64,000 bases of DNA from Eledone cirrhosa (GCA_964016885.1 OZ024750.1:6386001-6450000), one strand, 5' to 3'. Shown: positions 1 to 13,100, numbered from the stretch's first letter. Made by a program: numbers and translations. Notes: a model not told the origin generated them from the sequence alone.

Positions 1-9
1 TGTTGTAGT

Positions 10-46
<37 letters not shown>

Positions 47-202
47 GGCGTCGTTGTTGTTGTTGTTGTCGTTGTTGTTGTCGTTGCTGTTGTCGCTGTT
101 GTTGTTGTTGTTGTCGTCGTCGTTGTTATGGTTGTTGCTCATAATAATGGTGCTGTTTTTAGTGTTGTAGCTGATGATGATGTTTATTATTAATACTATT
201 AC

Positions 203-253
<51 letters not shown>
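1..253. repeat. (GTT)n then (TTA)n microsatellites
   Basis: Direct reading of trinucleotide runs. Confidence 0.95.
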
Positions 254-261
254 GTGCTGTT

Positions 262-336
262 AATAATTGTTTCTACTTTCGGCACAAGGCCAGCAATTAT
301 CCCAGAGTATTACTGGTACTTTATTTTATCGACCCC
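262..336 (-). mobile_element. SINE family 1, 3' fragment
   Basis: Reverse complement of ggggtcgataaaataaagtaccagtaat...ggccttgtgcc..aagtagaaacaattatt, which recurs many times in the window. Confidence 0.85.
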
Positions 337-364
337 CAATAATTATTGTTGTTACTAATACCGT

Positions 365-735
365 TGATAATGGTGTTGGTGGTGGTGATGATTGTGATGA
401 TGATCGTGATGATGATCGTGATGGTGATGGTTGTAATGATGGTGATGGTGGTGGTGGTGTTGGTGATGATCGTGATCGTAATCGTGATGATGATGGTGAT
501 GATCGTGATTGGAAGTGATGTAACTTTTCAGTCTCATTGTTGCAGATGATGTTTTAATTATTATTAATTCTGATAATAACAATGATGATAAAAGGGAGTT
601 GTTGCTGTTACTGTTGTTATAATTATGGAATAGGAATACAATAATGATGATGACGAAGATGATGATGACGATGATGTTGATGATGTTGATGATGTTGATG
701 ATGATGATGATGATGATGATGATGACGATGATCTG
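365..735. repeat. (GAT/GGT)n degenerate trinucleotide repeats
   Basis: Direct reading; explains the His/Asp/Met-rich ORFs. Confidence 0.9.
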
Positions 736-904
736 ATAACTGCAGTAATTTGAGAAGCTGGCATTATGGCTGCTCTTTTGTCTTTTATGTTCTGTTTTAT
801 TTTTATATTTTATGTGTTTCGATTTTGTTTTTTCGGTCAAATCAATTCTACAGAGTATTTCTTTAAAATTTACTGTGTTGCTCATAGTTTGTTGCTTCCA
901 TACT

Positions 905-1735
905 GAGCATCGGAGACCATGCTTCACTGCATAGAGTTAAGGCCCTTTATGTTATGAGTTCTAATAACGCCGAGGTTAGACTTGTCTTTCATCCTTACGA
1001 GGTCGATAAGATAAAGTACCAGTAATGGACTGGGGTAATTGCTGGCCTTGTGCCAAAAGTAGAAGCAATTATTATAAAGTGGTGGATTGGCAGCATCGGT
1101 AAAGCGTCGGACGGCCTGCTTCACTGCATAGAGGTAACGCCCTTTACGTTCTGAGTTCAAATACCACCGAGGTTAAATTTGTCTTTCATCCTTACGGTCG
1201 ATAAAATAAAGTACCAGTCACGCACTGGGGGCGATTTAATCATCGACTTTCCTTTCCCCATAAAAATTTCTGGCCTTGTGCCTATAGTAGAAATCTTTAT
1301 TATTTGAACAAGGATGGTGGATTAGTAGAATCGTTAGAGCACTGGACAAAGGCTTAGCGGCATTTAGTCACGGGCCTTTACCACCTGAGTTCAAATACCG
1401 CCAAGGACCACATTGATTTTCATTATTCTGGGGCCGATAAAGTAAAGTACCTGTACTTGGATCGATTTTATCCCCTTTCTCCACCCCCAAATTGCTATCC
1501 TTGTCTTTAAATTAGAAATCGTTATTATTTTAACATGAGCAGAATCATTAAAACTGTCGGAGAACATTTTTGTGGTATTTCGTTACGTCTTGTTACGTTC
1601 CCACCAGTGTCAACTTTACCTCTTATCTTTTCGGGGTCGATAAAATGAAGTGTCAGTGAAGCACTGGGTGCGATATATTTGATTTTTCCCTCTCCGCAAA
1701 TTGCAGGTCTTGTGATTAGATTAGAAATTCTTATT
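905..1735 (+). mobile_element. Head-to-tail array of about 4 tRNA-derived SINE family 1 copies
   Basis: Repeated box A-like tggcagcatcgg, box B gagttcaaat, central ctttcatccttacggggtcgataaaataaagtaccag and tail agtagaaa..attatt; units start near 905, 1079, 1315 and 1540. Confidence 0.85.
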
Positions 1736-2689
1736 TGAACACAGGCATGGTAGGAGTTTTAGGAAGTTCGGATCGAAATTATGGGGTTATAGATTCGATA
1801 CAACTGTGTGGAACTTTGATCAAGTGTCTTTAGATCCACCCAAATCTTGTTAGTAAAATTAGACAGATGGAAACTATGTGGAAATCTGCTGAATGGGCAA
1901 TGCGTGTAATGCGAGCCCTTGTTTAACAATCCTTCCCGCCAAAATCGACTTTACCTTGCCTGATATATTAACCCACCTGGCTGTTGGGAGCCATTAGCAG
2001 AGTTCCCTCTGTTAGAGCCAGATGTTCCATGTGAGGACATCTTTTTTTCCTTCTTCCCATCAGTTTCAAAGTTTCTTTTTTTTTTTTTTTTTTTTAAAGC
2101 CATGTCCACCCAGTCCTACATGCTCTAAGTCAAGTAAAAATGTACGCCTCTCATAAGTAATTAAGTCATATACTGTTCTTCTTGCCAAAATCTATGAGGT
2201 GATTACAATATTAAAAAGAACAACTCATTATTAATTTGCTGTAGTGGTAGAAACATCTAAAGGACAAAGTTAAAACATCTTACTGAGCCAATTCTTCTAA
2301 GAAACGTTCGAACTGTCATCTCTCACGAGATTCTAACATTATTTCTTAATTACTAACTTTATGGAATTGATTTTTGCCCTTCTATACATCGCATCAACTC
2401 CCGCTCACCTTTCAGTGCTTTCTAGTATTCAATTTTGTCAGACTATATTCTCAGCTATAAATCCCATTCGGATCGATAAAAGAAGTGTTGTTAGTACATG
2501 GGGTCGCTTCAATCGACAATATGCCCCCACGACCCCCTCATTCATTATTTTTAAAAAATGTGTGATCTTCAGTCGAATGTAAGAAAATCATTAGCTTTGT
2601 TTTTGATGTTGATCTTGATTAACATTAGGTCAGTTCTGATCGAGCAGACCTATGATCAAAGGCGCTCCCACCGTGAACATTTCGTCTAC

Positions 2690-3043
2690 TATCATCTTAT
2701 ATATATATATGTCTGTATGTGTGTAAATATTCATATATATATATATATGTGTGTGTGTGTGTATGTAAATATTTATATATATGTGTGTGTATGTGTGTGT
2801 GTGTATATTTTTATATGTGTTTGTATATATGTGTGTGTGTATATTTTTATATGTGTTTGTATATATGTGTGTGTGTATATTTATATATGTGTTTTTATGT
2901 GTGTGTGTATATTTATATATGTGTTTTTATATGTGTGTGTATATTTATATATATATGTGTTTGTATATATATGTGTGTGTATATTTATATATATGTGTTT
3001 GTATATATATGTATATATGTGTGTATATATTTATATAAATGTT

Positions 3044-3077
<34 letters not shown>

Positions 3078-3140
3078 GTGCCCTGACATGGCCGCAGCCA
3101 GTCGGTCGGAACAAGTAAAAGAGCACATATATACATACAT

Positions 3141-3191
<51 letters not shown>

Positions 3192-3200
3192 CACATACAT
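2690..3200. repeat. Compound (TA)n/(TG)n satellite
   Basis: Direct reading. Confidence 0.9.
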
Positions 3201-3831
3201 ATGATATGATTTTACTACTATTTCTATTATATTAGACCGAGTGGCCACATAGTGACTCCATCGTCGTCTAGTGCTGTTTATACAGCTTGAGTTCTAGATT
3301 ACACACTTTGAAGTATGTGCACACATTACATGTATATGCATGTGTGTGTGTGTGTGTGTGAAAAAGACTTATGATTGGCTGAATTATCGGTGACGTAAGA
3401 GTGAGAAAGAGAGAGAGACGGGTGGATGGGAGACATTATTACAACAATGGCGGCGGTGGTGGTGTAGTGTAAAAACTAGTGTATAACAATAATAACAAAC
3501 ATGGCCTTGGCGGAAAAAGAGCCGCCAAAAGATATCAGGAAATCTAGTGCTGTTAGTTCTTTAATTTTGGTTCTGCAATATAGAAGAATGTCGTATATAC
3601 ATTTCATGTAATATGTATGGGCCAACGAGAGAGACCTTGATATTTTAGCTATATCTGCTTGAATTAGCAGCTAAATATCTATCAAATCACATCTTTTATA
3701 TCTATCTATCTATGTATATGTATGTGCAAGGCAATGAAAACGATATGTACGGTAGATAGGCTTGATTGAAATAGCAGCTAATTCTTCCTCATATCCCTAC
3801 ACTACTGCACGCATACTTATGTATGTATGTA

Positions 3832-3932
<101 letters not shown>

Positions 3933-4240
3933 TCCATCGAAGTATACATCTACATGGTAACTAGATCTGACTGAAATAGTAACCACTTTTGCCCTCTAGC
4001 CACACACCACTGACTTATGCATGCATGGGTTTCTACACTATCACTGGATCTCATAGAAACAGTAGTCAAATATCACTCAAATCACACATTAGATAATGTA
4101 GTCCTAGATAGGCAAATATACGACGTTTTGCGGCTAGAACGTTTTTTGATCAGAGGTCCCTTGTATCAAGGCTCACCTCGGTCAACCACATCAGTGACAT
4201 TTGGTTATGTCTGGGTATTATGTAAAAGGTACTTCTGAAT

Positions 4241-4428
4241 GGCGGTGCATTGGCAGTATTGGTAGAGAGTCGGACGCCATGCTTTGACGCATAGAGTTAC
4301 GGCCCTTGCCATTCTGAGTTCAAATCTAAGGTTAACTTTGCCTTTCATCCTTACGGGGTCGATAAAATAAAGTACCAGTAATACACCGGGGTAATTGCTG
4401 GCCTTGTACCAAAAGTAGAAACAGTTAT
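4241..4428 (+). mobile_element. Full-length SINE family 1 with 15-bp TSD
   Basis: Box A tggcagtattgg, box B gagttcaaatc; ttatgtaaaaggtac is duplicated at 4218-4232 and 4425-4439. Confidence 0.9.
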
Positions 4429-4777
4429 GTAAAAGGTACAAATATCGGTGTAGAAACTCTGCCATTTACACCATATTTGGCAGTTGTATTGATCTAATAG
4501 CTGAAATACTTATCGTCGAAACCGACGGAAGATCTGTGTATTTTGTTTAGTGTCAGGGATTTATAACCAAGGATTAAGCACCGCCGTTATATGTGAACTA
4601 GCTTCAGTAATATCAACGAACATCTGTCTTGCTTTGCGTTCTTGTCCAGTGAGAGGGATAAAGGAAAGACAGATTAGGAGTCTGAAGTACGACTGAATGT
4701 ATTATCTAATAAAATAGATTGTAGGAAAGATGAAATAAAAAGAACTGGAACATACAGAAGTATTTTCATATACTTAC

Positions 4778-4834
4778 CACCACAAACTCATCTCTACATT
4801 CAAAATGGCCGCTAGCTGAATCAGTTGTGTGGCT
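4778..4834 (-). other. Candidate 57-nt exon (unverified)
   Basis: Minus strand has acceptor tcttttcttatgcacattcag and donor gtaagtat; length is a multiple of 3; open as SHTTDSASGHFECRDEFVV or ATQLIQLAAILNVEMSLW. Confidence 0.25.
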
Positions 4835-5096
4835 CTGAATGTGCATAAGAAAAGATTATTTGATAATATCTTCCTAACATTGATCCACTGGATAGTTTCT
4901 GTTAAAAAGCAGCAGGAATAAGATTTTGTTTTTATTCTCTGCTCAGCAATTTATTCCAGTGCCAACAAAGATATTTATCGGAATCAAAGAGTCAGGTTTG
5001 ACTTATTTGCTATAGTTACCTGAGGCCAGTTTTCTCTTGTAGGGTGTCAGTCTCTGACAGTTAATTTATTTAAGAGCTAACCTAGTCTTGCTTGAA

Positions 5097-5281
5097 TCAT
5101 CACCATCACCACCATTACCATCAACACCACCAGCACCATCATCATCACCACCATCATCACCATCACCATCAACACCCACCAGCATCATCATCATCATCAC
5201 CACCATCATCACCATCAACACCATTACCACCATCACCACCACCACCACCACCACCACCACCATCATCATCATCACCACCAC
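5097..5281. repeat. (CAC/CAT)n repeat
   Basis: Direct reading. Confidence 0.95.
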
Positions 5282-5323
5282 TTAGCTTGTAAATACTATG
5301 GATCACCATCAGGCTCTCCCTTG

Positions 5324-5356
<33 letters not shown>

Positions 5357-5676
5357 TTTATCTTTATTCGTATGTGGTTGACGATAGAGAGAAAAAAAGT
5401 ACTTATAGTCAATAACGAAGAAGAGTTTTATTCTCTTTATCAAGATTAAATAAAGGGTCTCGTTGCTTTAGAGTTTCGCCTGTGACATGGCGTATGGTAA
5501 TCTGTAGAACGTTTCCACTGGTCCTACTTGAAGATACTGGTGTATAGAGAGGTCTGTATATATTTATATACTATGTATATCATATTTCAATATTGGATAC
5601 TTTATAAATATACTTTACTCAACCGCTTTACACCGTAAAGCCCCATATTTAATGTAAATAAAATAAATTATCATGT

Positions 5677-5711
<35 letters not shown>

Positions 5712-6140
5712 ATATATACATATATGTGTATGTGGGGTGTGTGTGAAAGAAACATTAAAACACCATAATATTAAAATTAGGTTATTGCGATAGCATCTCA
5801 CTCCACAAAACAGATTCAACACCCGAATACATTCATGTCCCACTACCACATACACTAATTTGCCCCCATGCACACTCGCACACACACACACACACACACA
5901 TACACACACACACAGACACACATATATATATGTATATACACGCATGCGCACGCACAGACAAACGTCATTATGTAGGGAACTCCATACCTAACGTTTCACA
6001 CTTGCAGCTCACATAGGAAGATGTTAACTACGAAAACATTAGAAACATGTGTTTTAAATATAGATGAATTATATATTCATAAACACTGACACACACACAC
6101 ACACATAAATACGCACACACACTCACACAAACAGGTTTGT

Positions 6141-6212
<72 letters not shown>

Positions 6213-6428
6213 GTGACTTATATTTCCTCCCACACATTAATATTTGTGAATGGGTGCTAAACAGACGTGTGCCTGGTTTATATGAATGGAAGTGGACAAT
6301 CGTATTTAGTGTGTGCGTGTGTGTGTGTCTTTGTGTGTGTCTTTGCACACACGCACACACACGCACATACACACACGTATATATATATATATGTGGATGA
6401 ATATGTATGCATATATATATATATGTGT

Positions 6429-6482
<54 letters not shown>

Positions 6483-6617
6483 ACGTACGTAGAGGTATGT
6501 ATATGTATGAATATATGGATATATATGTTAGGTGATTCCGAAGGAAAAGCAAAGGAAAATAGAGTGCTCTGCATAGAACAGAGCTATTTAATTAGAAAGT
6601 GAAGAACACAAAATATG

Positions 6618-6691
<74 letters not shown>

Positions 6692-6703
6692 ATATATGGT
6701 TAT

Positions 6704-6759
<56 letters not shown>

Positions 6760-6978
6760 AGATATGGATATATATATCTATGTGGATATGGATATATGTG
6801 TTTATATATGTATGATTATATGGATATATATATGCATATGTGTGTGTATGTGTATGTGTGTATGTATGAATATATGGATATATACATATGTGTGTGTATG
6901 TATATGGTTACATATATATATATATATATATGTATGAATTCTGTTTAGGATATCTACCAGAAATATTTCTATGCATGC

Positions 6979-7036
<58 letters not shown>

Positions 7037-7265
7037 ACCTTACATGCATTTTAGTAACTAGAGATGTATATCTTTGACAGACTTTGATGCAATGCATGTC
7101 TGTGTGTGTGTATGTGCGCAACACTATATATTTGTTTCATACTGTGTTTATGTATACGTTAACCTGTGTGTATGTGTGAGATATTGTATGGGTGTATTTA
7201 TAGATAGATAGATATACACACACACACACATATATATATACACACACACACACACATATATATAT

Positions 7266-7302
<37 letters not shown>

Positions 7303-7559
7303 CATCCATCGTTAGTGGATCGTGATGTGCATAGGCACTCAAACACACATATATAATAAAATGGAAGAGAAAGGTATGTATACACACGTACACAAGCGCA
7401 CACACACACACACACGTACACAAGCATACACACACACGTACACAAGCACACACACACACACACGTACACACAGTTATGTGGGCGTCGTCTGCTAAACGGT
7501 CTGCTGAACAGGGCCACAGGGGAAAGGAAAATATGTAAACTATATCCCCTACACTCGCA

Positions 7560-7665
7560 CTCACACACGTACGCACAGACTCACACTTACACGCACAGAC
7601 TCACACTTACACGCACACACTCACACTTACACGCACAGACTCACACTTACACGCACAGACTCATA
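7560..7665. repeat. 20-bp minisatellite (acacttacacgcacagactc), about 5 copies
   Basis: Direct reading. Confidence 0.9.
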
Positions 7666-7704
7666 CTATATTGCCATCACCTGTGTGTGTATATATTAAG
7701 GGAG

Positions 7705-7786
7705 AGAAGGTGTCTCAAAAAAATGTATACACATATTCATTAGAATGGTGTTGAAGTGTGTAAACATTTTTGGGGGGACACCCTCT
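7705..7786. mobile_element. Short Tc1/mariner-type MITE
   Basis: Imperfect ~29-bp TIRs agaaggtgtctcaaaaaaatgtatacaca / tgtgtaaacatttttggggggacaccctct followed by TA. Confidence 0.65.
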
Positions 7787-7789
7787 ATG

Positions 7790-7867
<78 letters not shown>

Positions 7868-8025
7868 TTTGGGTGTGTGTGTGTGTCTAAAATATATGCA
7901 TGTATATGTGAGTATATATAAAATTCGCCAAGTAATGTATACCATTATTTATTAATACAAATTCCTTTCTGTCCATGCTTCCCAATTTCTTCTCTCTCAT
8001 TCTCTCTCTCTCTCTCATTCTCTCT

Positions 8026-8094
<69 letters not shown>

Positions 8095-8439
8095 CCTCCT
8101 CCCACCACGCTCCTCTCCCCACCACCACCATCCTTCTCTCCCCACCACCACCACCATCACCAACATTTGTCACCTTCTTCAATGACTCTGGAACATCCAT
8201 CTATATAACTTAACGTCTCTTTATAGTAATAACGGGATAAATCGCCCAGATAAGTTTTAATCTGTCGTAATGAAAGGGAGATAATTTCAATATTACATTT
8301 GTTGAAATATGTATCTCTATATAGATTCCTGCTTCCCTAGTCTCTGACTCTTATGATGGAGGTCTGTGCATGATACATGCATATATATATGTATAAATAT
8401 ATATTTCATTATATATTTCTATATATATATTTAACTAAT

Positions 8440-8768
8440 TTATTTACATTATTCTTAACTCCGAAGCCGAGAATCATTCGGTTTCCTAAATAGAATATTA
8501 GTCTAATGACTCCATTTATACCATAAACGTGGTTTAGTCTTTGCGTGTAATTGTTCTCAACGCTCCACATAATGACGTATTATCTTCGCTTTTTTCCGTT
8601 CATTGCCAGAGAACGTCTCCACGAACCAAAATATTGTCTTCCTGTTTTCGTTCGGTTGCAACGTTTTTCGAAATATTTACTTCTGCGTTCAGAGATTGAT
8701 TTCTTTTAGTTCCAGAAGTTCTCGTTAGGGTGAAAGCAGCGATTCTTTGCTTAAATTTTTATCTGTTA

Positions 8769-8774
<6 letters not shown>
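8440..8774 (+). mobile_element. Family F hammerhead-bearing element ending in (TA)n
   Basis: 8708-8774 is homologous to 49555-49622 (cagaag.tctcgtta-gggtgaaagcag.gattct.tgcttaaa.ttt.atctgtt); left boundary uncertain. Confidence 0.7.
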
Positions 8775-8844
<70 letters not shown>

Positions 8845-9241
8845 CACATATATCACAAATACACACATATATATGTGCATGTGTGTGTGTACATATATAT
8901 ATATATATGTGTGTGTGTGTGTACATATGTATACATGCATATAGATAAATATAGCAATATGTGTGGAAGTATAGTAAAGATGGAAAGCTTACATAGGGTA
9001 CAGCCAGCCCAGCTAATGCACGTGTATTTCTATGCCCATATAAACACTACCAATATACGAGCTGTGTATATTCTCTTCTACAAACTTTTATGTTAAGACT
9101 GGCGGAACCATTCTTCTGTTATGTCTAGTTGTCATAATAATGAACTACATATGTGTATGCAGCTAACCTCCTCTCCACATATACAACATACACCCTACAC
9201 CCTCATGTCATTCTTGCTGCCATATTTCAACGTTTGTAAAT

Positions 9242-9282
<41 letters not shown>

Positions 9283-9284
<2 letters not shown>

Positions 9285-9327
9285 GAACGGCTTCTTCATT
9301 CGGGAGAAATCATCATGAATAAAACTT
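9283..9327 (-). mobile_element. Family G hammerhead fragment between TA runs
   Basis: Reverse complement tgatgatttctcccgaatgaa...gaagccgttcta shares 18 identical nt with 23920-23937. Confidence 0.65.
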
Positions 9328-9342
9328 ATATATATATAAACT

Positions 9343-9419
<77 letters not shown>

Positions 9420-9508
9420 GTAGAACACTGGAAGGTAATATCCGTAGTAGTAGAGCACTCAGTCCATGGGACGAGTTAGGTAGAAGTGGTTACACAACAG
9501 TTAGTTCA

Positions 9509-9558
9509 CCATACCGAGAACAATTGTTTCACCTTAGCGGATCCTCAGCTCGTAATGG
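9509..9558 (-). ncRNA. Type I hammerhead ribozyme motif (mirror copy of 9581-9630)
   Basis: Exact reverse complement of 9581-9630. Confidence 0.75.
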
Positions 9559-9580
9559 TCATGGTTCCGTATAACCGTGC

Positions 9581-9630
9581 CCATTACGAGCTGAGGATCC
9601 GCTAAGGTGAAACAATTGTTCTCGGTATGG
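9581..9630 (+). ncRNA. Type I hammerhead ribozyme motif
   Basis: ccattacgag-CUGAGGA-uCCgcuaaGGu-GAAA-CaauuG-UU-cucgguaugg; stem I 8/10 paired, stem III palindromic (ACAAUUGU). Confidence 0.75.
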
Positions 9631-9666
9631 TGAACTAACTGTTGTGTAACCACTTTTATATGTATG

Positions 9667-9868
9667 TATAACGTTGAAAGAGATAGAAGACTAAACAATG
9701 CAAAATGTTCTGAAAGATGAGGTAACGAAAAGTAAAAGTACATTGTTACCTGGTAATCTTTTTTTAAATTGTTGTTGTTCTTTTATCTGTCCAATATTTC
9801 GGAACCTAAAAGTCCCTTTTTACAGTCCATTTTGCATTGTTTAGCCTTCTATCTCTTTCAAAGTTATA
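9667..9868. mobile_element. Fold-back/MITE-like element in TA context
   Basis: 41-bp inverted arms 9667-9707 and 9828-9868 (39/41 identical), both ending in TATA. Confidence 0.65.
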
Positions 9869-9904
9869 TATTATATACAAAGCTTCAAGAAAACTTCAAC
9901 AATT

Positions 9905-9940
<36 letters not shown>

Positions 9941-9944
<4 letters not shown>

Positions 9945-10153
9945 AAAGAGGGTGTGGTAAGCTACCAAGCGGACCATAACGCACCAGAGTACTCAATACT
10001 TAGGGTAGTAGAGTGGGTAATAGGAAAAGAGTCAGGACCCCGACGGCTGAGCTCCGGCCGTTTCGACAGCTAGATCCGAATGTTGTGCATAGTTCTGATC
10101 TAGCTGTCGAAATGGCCGGAGCTCAGCCGTCGGGGTCCTGACTCTTTTCCTAT
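9941..10153. mobile_element. Family C fold-back element carrying hammerhead 3' halves
   Basis: 61-bp arms 10020-10080 and 10093-10153 (59/61); each reads GAAA-(C/U)GGC..GCCG-UC; tail 9941-10019 abuts (TA)n. Confidence 0.75.
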
Positions 10154-10510
10154 ATTACAAGCAGTATGTAGAGTACCGTTTATTTTGATGCTGATTGTTT
10201 ATGCGATTTGACAAGATCTTAGACTTCAGCCTCAGATCGAACCAAGAAAACAATGTTTCCTTTGGCTTTTCCAATTGCTGACTCTCTCTACCAGTCGCAA
10301 CTCCTGGCAGACGGAGCAACCCGAAATAAAACGTCAATGTCTTCCAAGTTTTATTCATGGCTATATAGGCGAGTTAGCAGAGTTGTTAGAACATTGGATA
10401 GAATGCTTTGGTGGTATTCGTTCCGGCTATTTGCTCTCTGAATTCACTGAGGAGGACGAAAGACAAAATCGACCTGGGCGGGGTTTGAACTGAGAAAGAA
10501 GAGAGCAAGA

Positions 10511-10703
10511 AATAATTGTTTCTACTTTTGGCACAAGGTCAGCAATTATCCCAGTGTATAACTGGTACTTTATTTTATCGACCCTGTAAGGATTAAAGGC
10601 AAAGTTAACTTCAGCGGGATTTGAACTCAGATCATAAAGGGAGGTAACTCTATGCTTCAAAGCATGGCGTCCGACTCTCTACCGATACTGCCAATCCACC
10701 ACC
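10511..10703 (-). mobile_element. Full-length SINE family 1 with ~17-bp TSD
   Basis: agagagcaagaaataat occurs on both sides (about 10500 and 10706). Confidence 0.9.
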
Positions 10704-11042
10704 TTAGAGAGCAAGAAATAATGCTGCAAAGCATTTTATCCAACGTTCTAACGACTCTGTATATTCGCTGCCTTTATGTGGCAATACTTGTACCATTACA
10801 GAGACGTACGTTATGCAGAGAAAATGGCCAGAGGTGTGTTGTAATTGAATCTCTAACATCTCTCTAGCTTTATATATCGTGTTCGTTGTAGGGATATATT
10901 TATTTATCCCATACATATGCATATGACATTATTCATATCCACACAGACGTATATAAATATATGCATTATACATATGACAATACACATATAGGTATGCACT
11001 TGGTATATGTGTCGGCTATATATATATATGTATGTATATTTA

Positions 11043-11142
<100 letters not shown>

Positions 11143-11373
11143 AATTTAACAAGAGGGATCTATATACATAAATACATAACGAAATTTCTAAGTAACGAAT
11201 CTAATTATTGTAAAATTGAGATTTAATTTCCAACTTTCACCGTTAATACATTCTCGTACATGTCTTCTTCATATAGACACATTCATACATACACCATAAT
11301 ACATACATGCACACACACACTCATACGTACACCTAATATACACACACAGACAAACTCAGTGTTCACCGACGAT

Positions 11374-11408
<35 letters not shown>

Positions 11409-11510
11409 ACGCCCATATCGCCGTCGTTTCGACTTCAAAGGAGCTAAATCGAGCAAAGACTTTGTACACTAACTTACACATTATGTCATACCTCTCTATC
11501 TCTGTATATA

Positions 11511-11569
<59 letters not shown>

Positions 11570-12167
11570 ATCTACTTTCTCTCCTTCTCCTCTCCCCACT
11601 ACCACCACTACCGCTATCCTACTCCGCCTCATATAATCAAAAGCATATAGTGAGTGTGTACTGATGCAAAGTGAGCTCGATATTATAAGATTAACTGAAA
11701 AGTAGCGTGCTGAACAATATAATTAGGTAAAATATATGTCATATGTGCAAACAACAGACAGTACACTATATCTATATAAATAACATTAAACACGAAAATC
11801 TTTGAATATGAGAAACGAAAAATATAGATGAACGTAAAATAAAGAAACACAAAAGATAGAACATGAAAATAGTTTAGAAATGTATCTATTGCACACCTTG
11901 TATATCTTGTATATACGCCCTTAGCATAGTAACTGGCTGTAAAGTATACGTCCTGTTATTCTAGCACATATATACACACATACATACATATATATATATA
12001 TACATATATATATACACACAAACAAACACATACGGATGCACATATCATGCATACACTTGAGCAATTGATAAATTCATTCTCTCCCGTTCGCATATTCCAG
12101 TAGATGTTTCATAAACATAGAAGCAACACACACGTACGTCAGCATACAGTCAAACACACACACGCAC

Positions 12168-12314
<147 letters not shown>

Positions 12315-12544
12315 CACACACATATGGAGACAGAGTTTGTCGAGCCAGTACCAAACAACCAACCAGAGTCACCAAAACACATTATCTTTTCTTCTATCAA
12401 GACAGGTCTACCCTCACCCGATCTCCAATATTTACACTCCAAGCCACTTCCCTTACACCTGTTTCTCATAAAGCAATACAACCGCGAATGCGTGTGTGTT
12501 GAGGGGAAGGTTTGTGGCTGGTAACAATTGTTATTGTCGTTATA

Positions 12545-12755
12545 GTGGATTGGCGAATTTGTTAATGCGCTGGAAAAATGTGTATCAGAATTTGTTCAGA
12601 CTCTTTGTTTTAAGTTCAAAACCCACCGGGGTAAAGTGTGTCTTTTATCCTTCCTGGATCGAGAAATGAAGTACCAATAAAGAGCTGGGGTCTGGGGTCG
12701 TCGTTATAAACTTTCTCCTCTCCCCAAATTGCTGGCCATGTGCCTAAATTGGTAA
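12545..12755 (+). mobile_element. Diverged SINE family 1
   Basis: gtggattggcg..., gttcaaaacccaccgggg, gtacca, aaattgctggccatgtgcc. Confidence 0.75.
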
Positions 12756-12784
12756 TTAGGAACGGAAGATTGGAAGTATCGGTA

Positions 12785-12818
<34 letters not shown>

Positions 12819-12937
12819 GTAATAATAATAAATGTGAAGACTAAAATCCGAGGAGGGCTCAGAGAAAATATTTATTAAAATGACAGATTAAAGTTTAAGC
12901 AGCGATTCTTTGCTTAAACTTTAATCTGTTATTTTAA
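12819..12937. mobile_element. Family F fold-back element with internal deletion
   Basis: 27-bp arms 12875-12901 and 12911-12937; tail tgtgaagactaaaatccga.gagggctc shared with 49402-49429; flanked by (TA)n. Confidence 0.8.
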
Positions 12938-13048
12938 TATATATATATAACATTATAAGAAACGTAGTGAGCTGTGTGGTTACTGTAAACAAAGTTTAAG
13001 ATGGTAGTATGGACGAAACAAGAGAAACAATCTTTCATCAGCTGTAAA

Positions 13049-13100
<52 letters not shown>

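Larger units (their letters stand above)
9417..9655. mobile_element. Family A fold-back element (Penelope-like pLTR/retrozyme-type) in (TA)n
   Basis: Perfect 75-bp inverted arms 9484-9558 and 9581-9655, unpaired tail 9417-9483, TA-rich runs on both sides. Confidence 0.85.

Noticed and set aside
10447-10470. ctgaggaggacgaaagac resembling a hammerhead core
   Set aside because: It is the junction of two SINE 1 fragments (aaggatgaaaggcaaagtcgacc consensus) and has no stem I or proper stem II
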